Positions 18,887 to 28,293 of a stretch of 64,000 nucleotides of DNA are shown piece by piece. A program made the position numbers and the translations under genes. The notes under the pieces are model-generated. The model saw only the letters and a program-made list of their open reading frames with translations. It did no database searches and was not told the origin of the DNA. Every line of letters begins with the position of its first letter. Within the stretch, counting starts at the first letter, position 1. Source of the DNA: Terriglobia bacterium (GTDB lineage Bacteria > Acidobacteriota > Terriglobia > 20CM-2-55-15); NCBI GenBank assembly GCA_965218585.1, contig CBDCLE010000005.1:136320-200319 (forward strand), read 5' to 3'.

Positions 18887-20389
18887 GTGCCCATGACCGA
18901 CGAACCGACTGACACTCACGACTTCTTTCCGAAATTGAAGGGCGGCAACCCTAATATTGCGCTGGTTTTCGAAGGGGGCACGTGCACGTACGCCGATCTG
19001 GATCGACGTGTCAATCAGTTTGCCAGTGGTCTGTTAGGCGAAGAGGCGGATCTGGAGGAGCAGCGCGTTGCTTTCATCATGCCTGCAAGCCTGGGTTATG
19101 TGACCGTGCTGCTCGGCATCTGGAGGGCCGGGGGCATCGCGGTACCCTTGAACGTCGCCGCCGCCATCCCCGAGCTCGAGCATGCACTATCGAGCGCAGG
19201 AGTCAGCCTTCTGATCGCCGCCGCCGAATATCGGGAAAAACTCGGAGGGCTCTCGGCTTCGCTCGGCATTCAGATGTCCGGAGTGGACGAACTCTTACGA
19301 GAAAAAACCAGACAGCTTCCAAGGGTCGGGCTCGATCGGCGAGCCATGATTCTGTTCACAAGCGGAACCACGAACAAGCCGAAGGGCGTAACGAGCACTC
19401 ACAGGAACGTGCGTTCCCAGATCGCGACTCTTATCGAAGCGTGGGCGTGGGCCGAAGACGACACGATCCCCCTGTTTTTGCCGCTTCACCACATCCATGG
19501 AATTATCAACGTCCTCGGTTGCGGATTATGGTCCGGCGCTTCGGTTCATCTCTTTCCCAAGTTCGAACTGCAACGTGTTCTGGCTGATGTTGCCAACCGT
19601 ACCTACTCGGTGTTCATGGCCGTGCCCACGATCTACGTCAAGATGATCCGACATTTTGAGACCCTTTCCGAACCAGAGCGGGCCGAAATCTGTGCCGGAT
19701 TTGCCGACATGCGACTGAACGTTTCCGGGTCGGCTGCGTGTCCGGTCAATCTCTTCAACAGGTGGTTGGAGTTGACGAATCAGACCTTGCTCGAACGCTA
19801 TGGAATGACTGAAATCGGCATGGGACTCTCCAATCCTTACGGGGGAGAACGCCGTGCAGGAGCCGTGGGTACACCGCTGCCTGGAGTCGAGGCGGCCCTG
19901 TTTGATGAAGCCAACAACCGAATCGCAGAAGAGAATGTTCCGGGTGAGATCAGAATAAAGGGGCCCAACGTTTTTCTCGAGTACTGGAACGATGCCGAAG
20001 CCACGGCGGGAAGCTTTCATGACGGCTGGTTCTGTACCGGCGACGTTGCGCTCGTCGAGGAGGGCTATTATCGGATCATGGGACGTTCGTCCGTCGATAT
20101 CATTAAATCTGGTGGTTATAAGCTGTCCGCCCTGGAAATCGAAGGCGCCTTGCTCGACCATGACGCGATCACCGAATGCGCCGTCATAGGTGTCGTCGAC
20201 GACACCTGGGGAGAAGCGGTCACTGCCTTTGTTGTCCTCGCACCGAACACAACTCTGAGTCTTGAAGCCTTGCAGTCCTGGTGTAAGGATCGAATGTCTC
20301 CCTACAAGATCCCCAAACACTTGAGGATCACCGATGCCCTCCCGCGAAACGCCATGGGCAAGGTTGCCAAACCTGCCCTCAGAGATTGA
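18887..20389 (+). CDS. Acyl-CoA synthetase, malonyl-CoA synthetase (MatB/ACSF3)-like
   Basis: FTSGTTNKPKG, LPLHHIHG, LLERYGMTE, DIIKSGGYKLSALEIE and LPRNAMGKV motifs; downstream of madLM. Confidence 0.8.
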   Translation: MPMTDEPTDTHDFFPKLKGGNPNIALVFEGGTCTYADLDRRVNQFASGLLGEEADLEEQRVAFIMPASLGYVTVLLGIWRAGGIAVPLNVAAAIPELEHALSSAGVSLLIAAAEYREKLGGLSASLGIQMSGVDELLREKTRQLPRVGLDRRAMILFTSGTTNKPKGVTSTHRNVRSQIATLIEAWAWAEDDTIPLFLPLHHIHGIINVLGCGLWSGASVHLFPKFELQRVLADVANRTYSVFMAVPTIYVKMIRHFETLSEPERAEICAGFADMRLNVSGSAACPVNLFNRWLELTNQTLLERYGMTEIGMGLSNPYGGERRAGAVGTPLPGVEAALFDEANNRIAEENVPGEIRIKGPNVFLEYWNDAEATAGSFHDGWFCTGDVALVEEGYYRIMGRSSVDIIKSGGYKLSALEIEGALLDHDAITECAVIGVVDDTWGEAVTAFVVLAPNTTLSLEALQSWCKDRMSPYKIPKHLRITDALPRNAMGKVAKPALRD

Positions 20390-20584
20390 CGGGCATAGCG
20401 CCGCAACGGCACCGGGTTTCAGCGGCGATCTTCACGGGCATGTCTACGGGAGTCGCCGAGTAGCGGACCAGCGAAGAGGCGCGATCGGCCCGGCAGGCCT
20501 GCAGATAGAACTTCATATCCTTCGAAGCGTCTGTTAGGGTGAGGCATCCCGGCCTGAAAGCAACTGGATCCGGGAAAGTGAACG

Positions 20585-21342
20585 ATGCAGAAGCGAATCC
20601 ACATTGCGTGCGGCGCGTTTCTATTGACACTTCTTGTAGCCTTCACACCGGGCCTGCCGGCCCAACCCCAGGACTCCTCGTCTGGAATTCCCGAGTTAAA
20701 CGGCGTGTGAGTCGAGGCCAGTGTGTAGGCCCGAATAATCGTTGTACGGCCGTCGGGGCTGAACATCCGGCCCTGACGACCAGAGCGAAGGCTTTCCGAG
20801 ACGCGATCGACGAGCTCGCGGTCCCAAAATACGATTGCTCTCCGACGCCACTCCCCCACCTGTTTACCGACCCGTACCTTTATCAGATCGAGCAACTGGC
20901 CGACCGGGTCATTCTCACCTACGAAAAGGACGACGTGGTCCGCACGGTCTGGCTTGATGGCTATGACCACCCGCAGCCAAGGACTAACGAATTCTTTACG
21001 CACGGGTATTCAAGGGGGCGGTACGAGGGAAATCAGCTGGTCGTCGAAACGACCAAGTTCTCATTCGATCCGGCGGGAATCGATAATGATTTCAACCTGC
21101 CTTCTTCGACGCAGAAACGCGTCACGGAGCGTTACTCGTCTGACGGTGGTGGGCTCAGGCTCGAGGTGAGAACCGAGGATCCGGTCTTCCTGTTGGAGCC
21201 GCTGGGTTTTGTCATCGAATCGCAACCGGTTGATGAACCCCTGGCACTTCCGTGGGGTTGCGATCCCGAAGCCGCCCAGGAGATTCTGCAGGTGATCCCA
21301 TCGAAGTACCCCGAAGACCCACCTGTAGTTCGCAGGAGGTAA
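20585..21342 (+). pseudogene. DUF6152-partner family secreted protein, disrupted by a 1-bp deletion near 20709 (pseudogene or sequencing error)
   Basis: ATG 20585 gives a signal peptide plus IPELNGV, then TGA (20708-20710). Adding one G gives GVW-SRGQCVGPNNRC and joins the 20539-21342 frame, colinear with paralog 4087-4974. Confidence 0.75.
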
Positions 21343-21355
21343 GGGAGGTGGAGCC

Positions 21356-21745
21356 ATGAAACTCTACACCGTGCTCGCGATAGGAGGATTGACGCTTGCG
21401 CTAACCCTTCAAGCGGCTGCTCACCATAGCGATGCCGGCCTCTTCGACGAGACACGTACTGTCGAGATGCGGGTCGTCGTTACCGAATGGCGCTTCGTAA
21501 ACCCGCATCCGATCCTTCGAGGGGAAGTCACCGAGGCGGACGGCCAGGCTGTGGCGTGGAACGTGGCGTTCGGCCCTTCCGCCGTGTCGGCTCTCCGCAG
21601 GCGGGGCTTTTCACCTGAGACCTTCATGCCCGGCGAGGTGCTGATCGTGACGGGCCATCCGGCCACCGCCCCCGGCGCGCACGCCATCAATGTTCGCGGT
21701 CCCGAAAGCGAAGTCACCCGAGGGGACGGCTCACCCGTACCTTAG
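21356..21745 (+). CDS. DUF6152-like secreted protein with His-His after the signal peptide
   Basis: RBS GGAGG; signal peptide ending AAA|HHS; VVTEWRFVNPH and PGEVLIVTGHP motifs. Confidence 0.75.
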   Translation: MKLYTVLAIGGLTLALTLQAAAHHSDAGLFDETRTVEMRVVVTEWRFVNPHPILRGEVTEADGQAVAWNVAFGPSAVSALRRRGFSPETFMPGEVLIVTGHPATAPGAHAINVRGPESEVTRGDGSPVP

Positions 21746-21771
21746 TTCAACGTTTTCTCGAACCGTCGGAG

Positions 21772-22728
21772 TCAGCGCCTCACCAACTTCTGCACCCTGC
21801 GGTTGACCACGTCGGCAACATAGATGTTCTCTTGGGAGTCAATGGCCAGATAGTGGGCTTCACCGAACTCGCCCAGGCCCTCACCCGAACTTCCCCAAAC
21901 GCCAAGGACGACACCGTCCGAATCCAGCTTCACGATCTGAGCGTCGAAACCGGTGGCCATGTAGATGTGCCCATCGTCGGTGAGGTCCAGGCCGCATGCC
22001 ATGCCTTGATAAACCCATCCCTTCAGGAAATTCCCGTCGAGGTCGAACACCAGAACACGGCGGCCCTCGCGGTCAGCAACATAGACGAGACCGTCAGAAT
22101 CGATGACGAGGGAGTGGGCGACCTGGAACTGCCATGGCAAAGTACCGCGTCCGCCCCAGGAGGTGATGAAGCCTCCGTCAGGATCGAATTTCAGGACGCG
22201 AGGCTCGGCCTGGGGACCGTGTCCCTGGGAGACGAATATGTTTCCGTTCGGACCAATGGCCACATCGGTCGGCTGGTTAAACAGTTGTGTTCCGGCGGCT
22301 TCGTCCCATTCACCCGCTTCGCCGCGCCTCCCCAGGGTCAGGAGAATCTCCCCTCCCCGGCTGAGCTTCATGACCAGGTGATCGCTGACGTCGGTCACCC
22401 ACAGATTGTCCTCCGAGTCGATCCGCAATCCGTGGGACCGGTTGAACAAACCCTCTCCGAACGCCCGCACGAATCCACCGTCCGCATCAAACTCCAGCAA
22501 CGCAGTGTCACCACGGTGCAGGACGAAGACGTGACCTTGCGAATCGATGTCCACGGCGGCCACTGATTCAAACCCGGTGTCGGAAGGAAACCTGAAAGCA
22601 TCCGCGACTTCCACCGGACGATAAGCCATGTCGGGTCCCGTGATCGCCTGTAGCGGAATCGTGGGACGTTGCCCGAGTGCGGGCGCTGCAGTCCAGAGGA
22701 GGCTCAGAAGGAGCAGGGCTACTCTCAT
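21772..22728 (-). CDS. Secreted NHL-repeat beta-propeller (peptidylglycine alpha-amidating lyase, PAL-like)
   Basis: Signal peptide; NHL repeats RSHGLRID, FNQPTDVAI, VAHSLVID, VADRE and EAHYLAID. Confidence 0.82.
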   Translation of the reverse strand: MRVALLLLSLLWTAAPALGQRPTIPLQAITGPDMAYRPVEVADAFRFPSDTGFESVAAVDIDSQGHVFVLHRGDTALLEFDADGGFVRAFGEGLFNRSHGLRIDSEDNLWVTDVSDHLVMKLSRGGEILLTLGRRGEAGEWDEAAGTQLFNQPTDVAIGPNGNIFVSQGHGPQAEPRVLKFDPDGGFITSWGGRGTLPWQFQVAHSLVIDSDGLVYVADREGRRVLVFDLDGNFLKGWVYQGMACGLDLTDDGHIYMATGFDAQIVKLDSDGVVLGVWGSSGEGLGEFGEAHYLAIDSQENIYVADVVNRRVQKLVRR

Positions 22729-22737
22729 GGCAATCTC

Positions 22738-24996
22738 CTAGCGCGCCAGTGGATCGGGCCGGATCTGGAACTTCACCATCTTGCCCAGAGTCCCTTTGCC
22801 GCCTTCAATGTGCCAGACAAAGTGCGTACCGTAGTTCGCCCACAGCGCGCGGCCTTTCCAACCGCCATCGGGATCGTCGATCCGGCCGTCCATCCCCCGG
22901 GAATAGAACCCCATGGGATACGGCACGCGCAACGTCGTCCAGTCACCTGAATCGGGATCGAGCGCGAGCAGCGCATCGGAATTCGACCCTGTGGCGAACG
23001 GTGTGTTCTCACCCAGGCCACTGATGTTGTGTTGATCCACCCACCCGAAGTAGTGAAAGTCGGCCGGGATTTCGGTGCCCGTAAACGTCGGGCCATCGGT
23101 CCGGTACAATGTCCAGCCTTCCCGGCATCCGGTACCATCCAGTTTCTGCTGGGAAGTCAGACTCCCACACTTCGAGTAGTCGAAGCTGGCCAGATGGCTG
23201 CTGGCGGCCAACGCAGCCCAGACCACACCGTTCGAATCGATATCGATGCCGCGCGGATCCAGCCCGGGCTCGGGCACCTGGAAAACTTCACTCACGCAGC
23301 TCTGGGGCGGGTTGTTGCCGCGGGACAGCCGAATGATGTAGCCAGGGTAGCTCTCGGCTGCACCCCACACAACGTTCGAGACGGGGCTCGGGATTACGCT
23401 GTACATGTTGTAGCTGACCTGGGTATCGAGGTTCGGATCCGGGGGACCTGCTCCTGCCGGTGGTGGTGCACCCCGCCCCAGCGGACCTTGCGGCGTATCG
23501 CTCAGGTACAGCGGGTTGCCGCCGCCTACAAGCCGATTGAACGGGAGCGTGATCCTTCCATCGCCGTTTGTATCGACGACCTGGCCGCACCAGCCCACGG
23601 CCTGTTGTTCGTCCCGGGTTTCCTCGTACACCTTCGTGTCGACCCAGCCGAACATGGAGCCGCTTAATTCGTTGAAGTAAACGGTCTCGTTCTCATCCGT
23701 ATCAAACTGGAGGTGGTGGGTGCTGTAACAGGTTTCGATCAGCGTGAACTCTGCCGAATCGGGTTCATAGTAGGAGGCCTGCCGTCCTCCCCTGACCAGC
23801 GGAAAGTACTCGGCGTAGGGTGTCACTGCCGGATCGCTGCACCATTCCGGCGGGGTCTGGCGAATTTTCGAGGTCATCCACACGCGACCGTTGCTGTCCA
23901 GCATCGGGTTGTGCGGGTCCGCGGGATTATAAGGCGGGTTGGTCCACAACGCGTCTTCACCGAACCACAGGGAAGCCGGGTTTGGCGCCGGAAAGCGGGA
24001 GCGGACCTCGTCGCGGAGTGCCCGGGTCGGGATCTCGATCTCATAGGTCGAATTCTCGATCGGATCCAGGACGACGAGCTTGCCGTGTCCCGCCGAAACC
24101 GCGTAGACCGGTCCGTTCGCGTTCACCGTTGGATTGTTCTTGTCCGTTCAAATCTCGTCATGCATGAACGAGTGATCCGTTCCCCAGTCCCACAGCGTCA
24201 GAACGAGGTTCTGTTCGATGCCGTCCGGGCGCGGAGGAGTCTCGGGCACTTCGCCGGCCTGGATCCTGTCCGTCCAATCGACCAGCATGTCGAGGATTCC
24301 GTCCCGGCCTACCCGGTTGGCCACACCCGACATCGTGCCACCCCGAACGCCAGCCTGAAGACGATGGTCCCAGGCTTCCCGATCACTGGTCACGTCATCT
24401 ATTGCGTCATACACGTGCCCAAGATCGCGCGTCATCGCGTTGCCGACCTGGTGGCAGAAGTTGCAGTTCGATTTGATGGCGTGAACGTACCGGGCCTGGC
24501 TGGTCATGTCAGGGTTGATGCCATTGCCGTCAGGCCCTGTGCCCGGAAATGCGCTCTCCTCGGGAAAGTCGATCATCGACCACCAGTAGTTGCCCGGGTA
24601 TACCTGGGCCGCTTCCTGGGGGGTCGGAGCAAGGGTTGTTGTGAGCTCGACGTCATCCGCATTGGGGGTGAGCTCGACCGGTTCCGAATCGAGCAGGCCA
24701 TAGCCCCGAACCCAGACGTCGTACTCGGCGTCGGGCAGCTCGGGCAGCATGAACCGCCCGTCGTCATCGGTGACCACGATCTTGATCAGGGGCGTCAGCG
24801 TGTCGCCGGTTTCTGCGATCACCCAGACGCCGGCTTCCGGGCCGGCACTGCTGGCGACCGTGCCCCCGATATAGCCGTCGGGTGGCGCCTCGACCTGCAA
24901 TGCCGCTCCCGCGTTCGGGCCGACCGCAGCCACGACCCCCATCAGCGCGACCGAAGCCGCAAGAATTGACCTCCGTGGACGGGTACGCGTACTCAT
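22738..24996 (-). pseudogene. Secreted ~752-aa protein (carboxypeptidase-regulatory-like domain + CxxCH heme c + propeller-like domain) interrupted by an in-frame TGA at 24148-24150
   Basis: RBS GGAGG before ATG 24996; GPEAGVWVIAET, VVTDDDGRF and CNFCHQ motifs. The frame reads FMHDEI-TGA-TDKNNPTVNANGP and continues to 22738. Confidence 0.78.
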
Positions 24997-25230
24997 GTTC
25001 CACTCCTCCCCTTGGCGCGCAAGCAAAACACCGGTTCTCGCGACGGAAATGGGGCCAGTGTATGGCAAGTCCCGGAGTCTCGGCAACAGGAATAGGTAAG
25101 TGATGGCAGCGATGAGTCGACAGATCGTGCGCCGGGGACAAAGGTTTTGTTTCTTGATGAGAGTCGGCTCGAAGGGTAGCATACACGGAATATTCGACTG
25201 AGCGTTTACCCGGTCGGGAGGTAAGGTCTG

Positions 25231-25677
25231 ATGCCAATCTTTTTCTGGGGTGTTACTTCGATTCTGTTGGTAATGACTGGGCTGGGAGCCCAGCAGCCCG
25301 GAGCTTCGTCCACCGCAGGTCTGGACTTCGAATTCTTTCAAACCGAGGTCCAGCCGATCTTCCTGGCCAACAAGTCGGGGTTTACCCGTTGCGTTGTATG
25401 CCATACCGATGGTAACGCTGCGTTTCTGGAGCCGCTGTCACCGGGCGCGACGACCTGGACTGAAGAGGAGGCGCGCAGCAACTTCGATCGAGTGTTGGAA
25501 CTGGTATCGCCCGGCGAACCCTTGAACAGCCGGCTGCTGATGCATCCGCTGGAGCCGGCCGCGGGCGGTGACGAGTTTCACAACGGCGGCAGGCAGTTTA
25601 CTTCACAGGAAGACCCGGACTTCGAGACGATCGCCGCCTGGGTACGAGGGGAAACGGCTGGCGGCGCTGGAAGATGA
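25231..25677 (+). CDS. Secreted monoheme c-type cytochrome-like protein
   Basis: RBS GGAGG; signal-like N-terminus; CVVCH motif; distal EFHNGG. Confidence 0.75.
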   Translation: MPIFFWGVTSILLVMTGLGAQQPGASSTAGLDFEFFQTEVQPIFLANKSGFTRCVVCHTDGNAAFLEPLSPGATTWTEEEARSNFDRVLELVSPGEPLNSRLLMHPLEPAAGGDEFHNGGRQFTSQEDPDFETIAAWVRGETAGGAGR

Positions 25678-25717
25678 TATTTTCGAAATCGTGCGAACAA
25701 AAGGAGCTTTGAGAACG

Positions 25718-26746
25718 ATGACTACTTTTAAAGGGCCGAAGCGTTATCTGCCGGTGCTTGCGATTCTGGCTCTCACCCTGCCGTTGGCGGCCGCCCAGGA
25801 AACTCTGATCGTTCAGACCAACAGCGCCGGCGACAACGTTCACATCATCGACGCGGCGACGTATGAAATCGTGGCAGAGGTTACCGGCATCGAGCGGGCG
25901 CACGGCGCCGTGCCCTCGCCGGACGGGAAGTGGATCTATGTCAGCAACGAGGCGGACACCACCGTCGACATCATCGACACCCAGACGTGGACAGTGACCA
26001 AGAAGATCCCGCTCACGGATCACCCCAACAACATCACGATTACTCCCGACGGTCGGAAAGTGTACGTGGCCATCGCGCGGGCCCCAGGCGCGCTGGATGT
26101 GATTGACACAGCTTCGCAGGAGAACGTGCGGACGATCTCCGTTCATGGGGGCGTCCACAACGTCTACGTGACGCCGGATGGAAAACACGCGGTTGCAGGC
26201 ATGATTGGCGCACGGAACATGACCATTGTCGATACGGAGACCGACCGGCCTCTGTGGACCCAGTACTTCGACACGGGTATACGCCCAATGGCGTTCGAAG
26301 CGAATCCCGATGGCTCGACACGCCGAATATTCACCCAACTCTCCAACTTCAACGGATTCGGCTATCTGGATTTTGAAACGCGCACGGAAGGACCCCGGGT
26401 TGCGTATCCCGAGCTGCCTCCAGAGGAAAGGACACCCGGTCACGGAGGCAACACAGCCCACGGCCTGGGAGTCACCCCGGACAACAGGTATCTGGTCGCC
26501 AACAGCAGCCTCAACGGTAGCGTCTACATCTATTCGCTCCCGGACCTGACGTTGATGGGCGGAGTCAAGGTGGGACACTCTCCGAACTGGGTCACGATCA
26601 CACCTGACAGCCGGTTCGCCTATATCTCCAACGCGGGGTCGAACAGTGTTACCGTGATCGATATCCCAGCTGTCAAGGTGGAAACTGAAATCAAGACAGG
26701 CGGCCAGGTACCGAAGCGCAACGCAACGATGGTCCTGTCGCAGTAA
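25718..26746 (+). CDS. Secreted YVTN/YncE-type beta-propeller protein, His-rich
   Basis: Signal peptide ending AAA|Q; repeats SPDGKWIYVSN, TPDGRKVYV, TPDNRYL and TPDSRFAYISN. Confidence 0.85.
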   Translation: MTTFKGPKRYLPVLAILALTLPLAAAQETLIVQTNSAGDNVHIIDAATYEIVAEVTGIERAHGAVPSPDGKWIYVSNEADTTVDIIDTQTWTVTKKIPLTDHPNNITITPDGRKVYVAIARAPGALDVIDTASQENVRTISVHGGVHNVYVTPDGKHAVAGMIGARNMTIVDTETDRPLWTQYFDTGIRPMAFEANPDGSTRRIFTQLSNFNGFGYLDFETRTEGPRVAYPELPPEERTPGHGGNTAHGLGVTPDNRYLVANSSLNGSVYIYSLPDLTLMGGVKVGHSPNWVTITPDSRFAYISNAGSNSVTVIDIPAVKVETEIKTGGQVPKRNATMVLSQ

Positions 26747-26775
26747 AGGGATCCCTCCACAGATACGTAGAAGGC

Positions 26776-26805
26776 TGGCCAGCCCGGGTGAGCCCGGGTT
26801 GGCCC
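26776..26805. terminator. GC-rich hairpin between convergent genes
   Basis: GGCCAGCCCGGG-TGAG-CCCGGGTTGGCC. Confidence 0.55.
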
Positions 26806-26841
26806 TTCAAGCCGACTCAGCCGGCGACTCTACCCACCCCC

Positions 26842-27273
26842 TCACGGCCGTGCCACACCCAACCGGATCTCGTTCAGTACCTCTGTGTCCGAAGGGAGGG
26901 GCTCCTCGCCAGGCGGCATTCGATTGGCGCTCAGGACATAGGCGATGATGTCGACCAGTTCCTCGTCCGACAGTGTGCCGGGTTCGTCTTGTGGCATGGT
27001 GTCGCGAGTTATCTCGAAGAACTCGCCAACTGAACGATCCGTCCAGGTTGTCTGAAAAGCGTAATCGTTGAGCAGGGGCGCCATGTCGGGGGTCACTGAG
27101 CGCATGCTGCCGTGGCAGAGTTCGCACTTCCCTTCGTACACGATCTGGCCCCGATCGGCCTGTTCGCTCGTATAGATACCGTCCCTCGCCGATCGATCCG
27201 TAGGTTGCTGCGCGGGGGCGGCGACGCTGGCAGTGGCGAGGACCAGAGTCGCCACAACTAGAAATCGGTTCAT
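26842..27273 (-). CDS. Class I monoheme cytochrome c
   Basis: Signal peptide; GIYTSEQADRG, CELCHG, distal TMPQD and IIAYVL motifs. Confidence 0.88.
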   Translation of the reverse strand: MNRFLVVATLVLATASVAAPAQQPTDRSARDGIYTSEQADRGQIVYEGKCELCHGSMRSVTPDMAPLLNDYAFQTTWTDRSVGEFFEITRDTMPQDEPGTLSDEELVDIIAYVLSANRMPPGEEPLPSDTEVLNEIRLGVARP

Positions 27274-27378
27274 CTTCACCTCGTAAGGGGTCTTGCTCTT
27301 GGCGATACTGTCTTTGGCTTGTAATACCAATCGGGCAGCAAGTACGAAAACGGGGTCAGAAGGCCCTCGGCCCTATTA

Positions 27379-27555
27379 CTAGAACGGGAACGGGAACATC
27401 AACCAGCTGACAACAACCGCAACACCGACGAAAGACAAGAAAACGAACGCGCCGTAGCGTAGTTGTTCCCGTGGTCCGGTCTTGTTGATCAGCGCAAATA
27501 CGACAGAAACGATGACGGCGAAGATGAACAACGCATTGAAGTGAGACAGCGTCAT
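27379..27555 (-). CDS. Small two-TM membrane protein (58 aa, missing from the ORF track)
   Basis: MTLSHFNALFIFAVIVSVVFALINKTGPREQLRYGAFVFLSFVGVAVVVSWLMFPFPF*; its ATG overlaps the upstream stop (ATGA). Confidence 0.75.
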   Translation of the reverse strand: MTLSHFNALFIFAVIVSVVFALINKTGPREQLRYGAFVFLSFVGVAVVVSWLMFPFPF

Positions 27556-27992
27556 GGCTTGCGTCCCTGTGCGATGTCAAATGCATCAAGCACGATGAGG
27601 TAGTTCAACAGACCGGATACCCAGAGATACGAGCTGCCGTAGTCGTAGCTCGGGTTGGAGAGAAGGCCGACGCCGAGACCGAGTTGCTGGGCGATGAGGT
27701 AGGGGATGCCCACACCGGCGTTCGCTACAAACGCAAATATGTGCAGGGGTTCTTCGGGTCGTACATCGTACAGGCGTCCCTGCATTGCCAGTCCCAATGC
27801 GAACATTGTCAGAACGGACAGCGTGAACGCTATGGCCCGACCCCATCGACCGAGAAACAGATGGGACGCTCCCGGGAAAAACCACCCGGTAGCGCAGATG
27901 CCTAATGTCGCCGCCATGCCGAGCGGTTTGGAAGGTTGCGGCGCAGGAATTGTTTCCGGGGAGGAATCCGGTTGGGGTTCTTCTTTTGACAT
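27552..27992 (-). CDS. Membrane protein (DUF6677-like)
   Basis: WFFPGASHLFLGR and YGSSYLWVSGLLNYLIVLDAFDIA motifs. Confidence 0.65.
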   Translation of the reverse strand: MSKEEPQPDSSPETIPAPQPSKPLGMAATLGICATGWFFPGASHLFLGRWGRAIAFTLSVLTMFALGLAMQGRLYDVRPEEPLHIFAFVANAGVGIPYLIAQQLGLGVGLLSNPSYDYGSSYLWVSGLLNYLIVLDAFDIAQGRKP

Positions 27993-28020
27993 CTGTTAGG
28001 GTTTTTATGATTTCCAGGAG

Positions 28021-28293
28021 TTAGCGTTCAGCCAGAAAGTCCGCAAGCTTGCGTTCCATGTGGCCGGCATCCAAGCCTATAATCTCGAATTTTTTGTGTC
28101 TACTCTTTTCTCCCGTAAGGAGGCGTACCGCAGAACGTGAAACCTCAAACACGTCTGCCAGATACAGGGTAGCTGCTTTATTGGCCTTTCCGTCCCGGGC
28201 GGGCGCATTTACTTTCAGCAGGAGGGCCCCATTTCTGCGTCCCGCAAACGAAGTGCGTGCGGCATTAGGAATGACCCGGATGTCCAGTTTCAT
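28021..28293 (-). CDS. DUF167/YggU family protein
   Basis: IRVIPNA, VNAPARDGKAN and GEKSRHK motifs; downstream of yggS. Confidence 0.88.
   Translation of the reverse strand: MKLDIRVIPNAARTSFAGRRNGALLLKVNAPARDGKANKAATLYLADVFEVSRSAVRLLTGEKSRHKKFEIIGLDAGHMERKLADFLAER

Noticed and set aside
20379-20517. Small minus-strand ORF MKFYLQACRAD... with a GAAGGA RBS-like sequence
   Set aside because: No recognisable family, and it overlaps the ligase stop; it may be a remnant but cannot be supported.
23713-24969. Long plus-strand ORF (418 aa) and similar antisense ORFs (e.g. 25598-26578, 31845-32804, 54538-55440)
   Set aside because: These are shadow ORFs opposite well-supported genes in GC-rich DNA and have no recognisable motifs.
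24997-25404. Long N-terminal extensions in the ORF track (also for scpB, thiI, holB, gcvT, gcvPB and the hydroxyacid dehydrogenase)
   Set aside because: They overlap neighbouring genes or promoters; downstream starts fit RBS position or family N-termini better.
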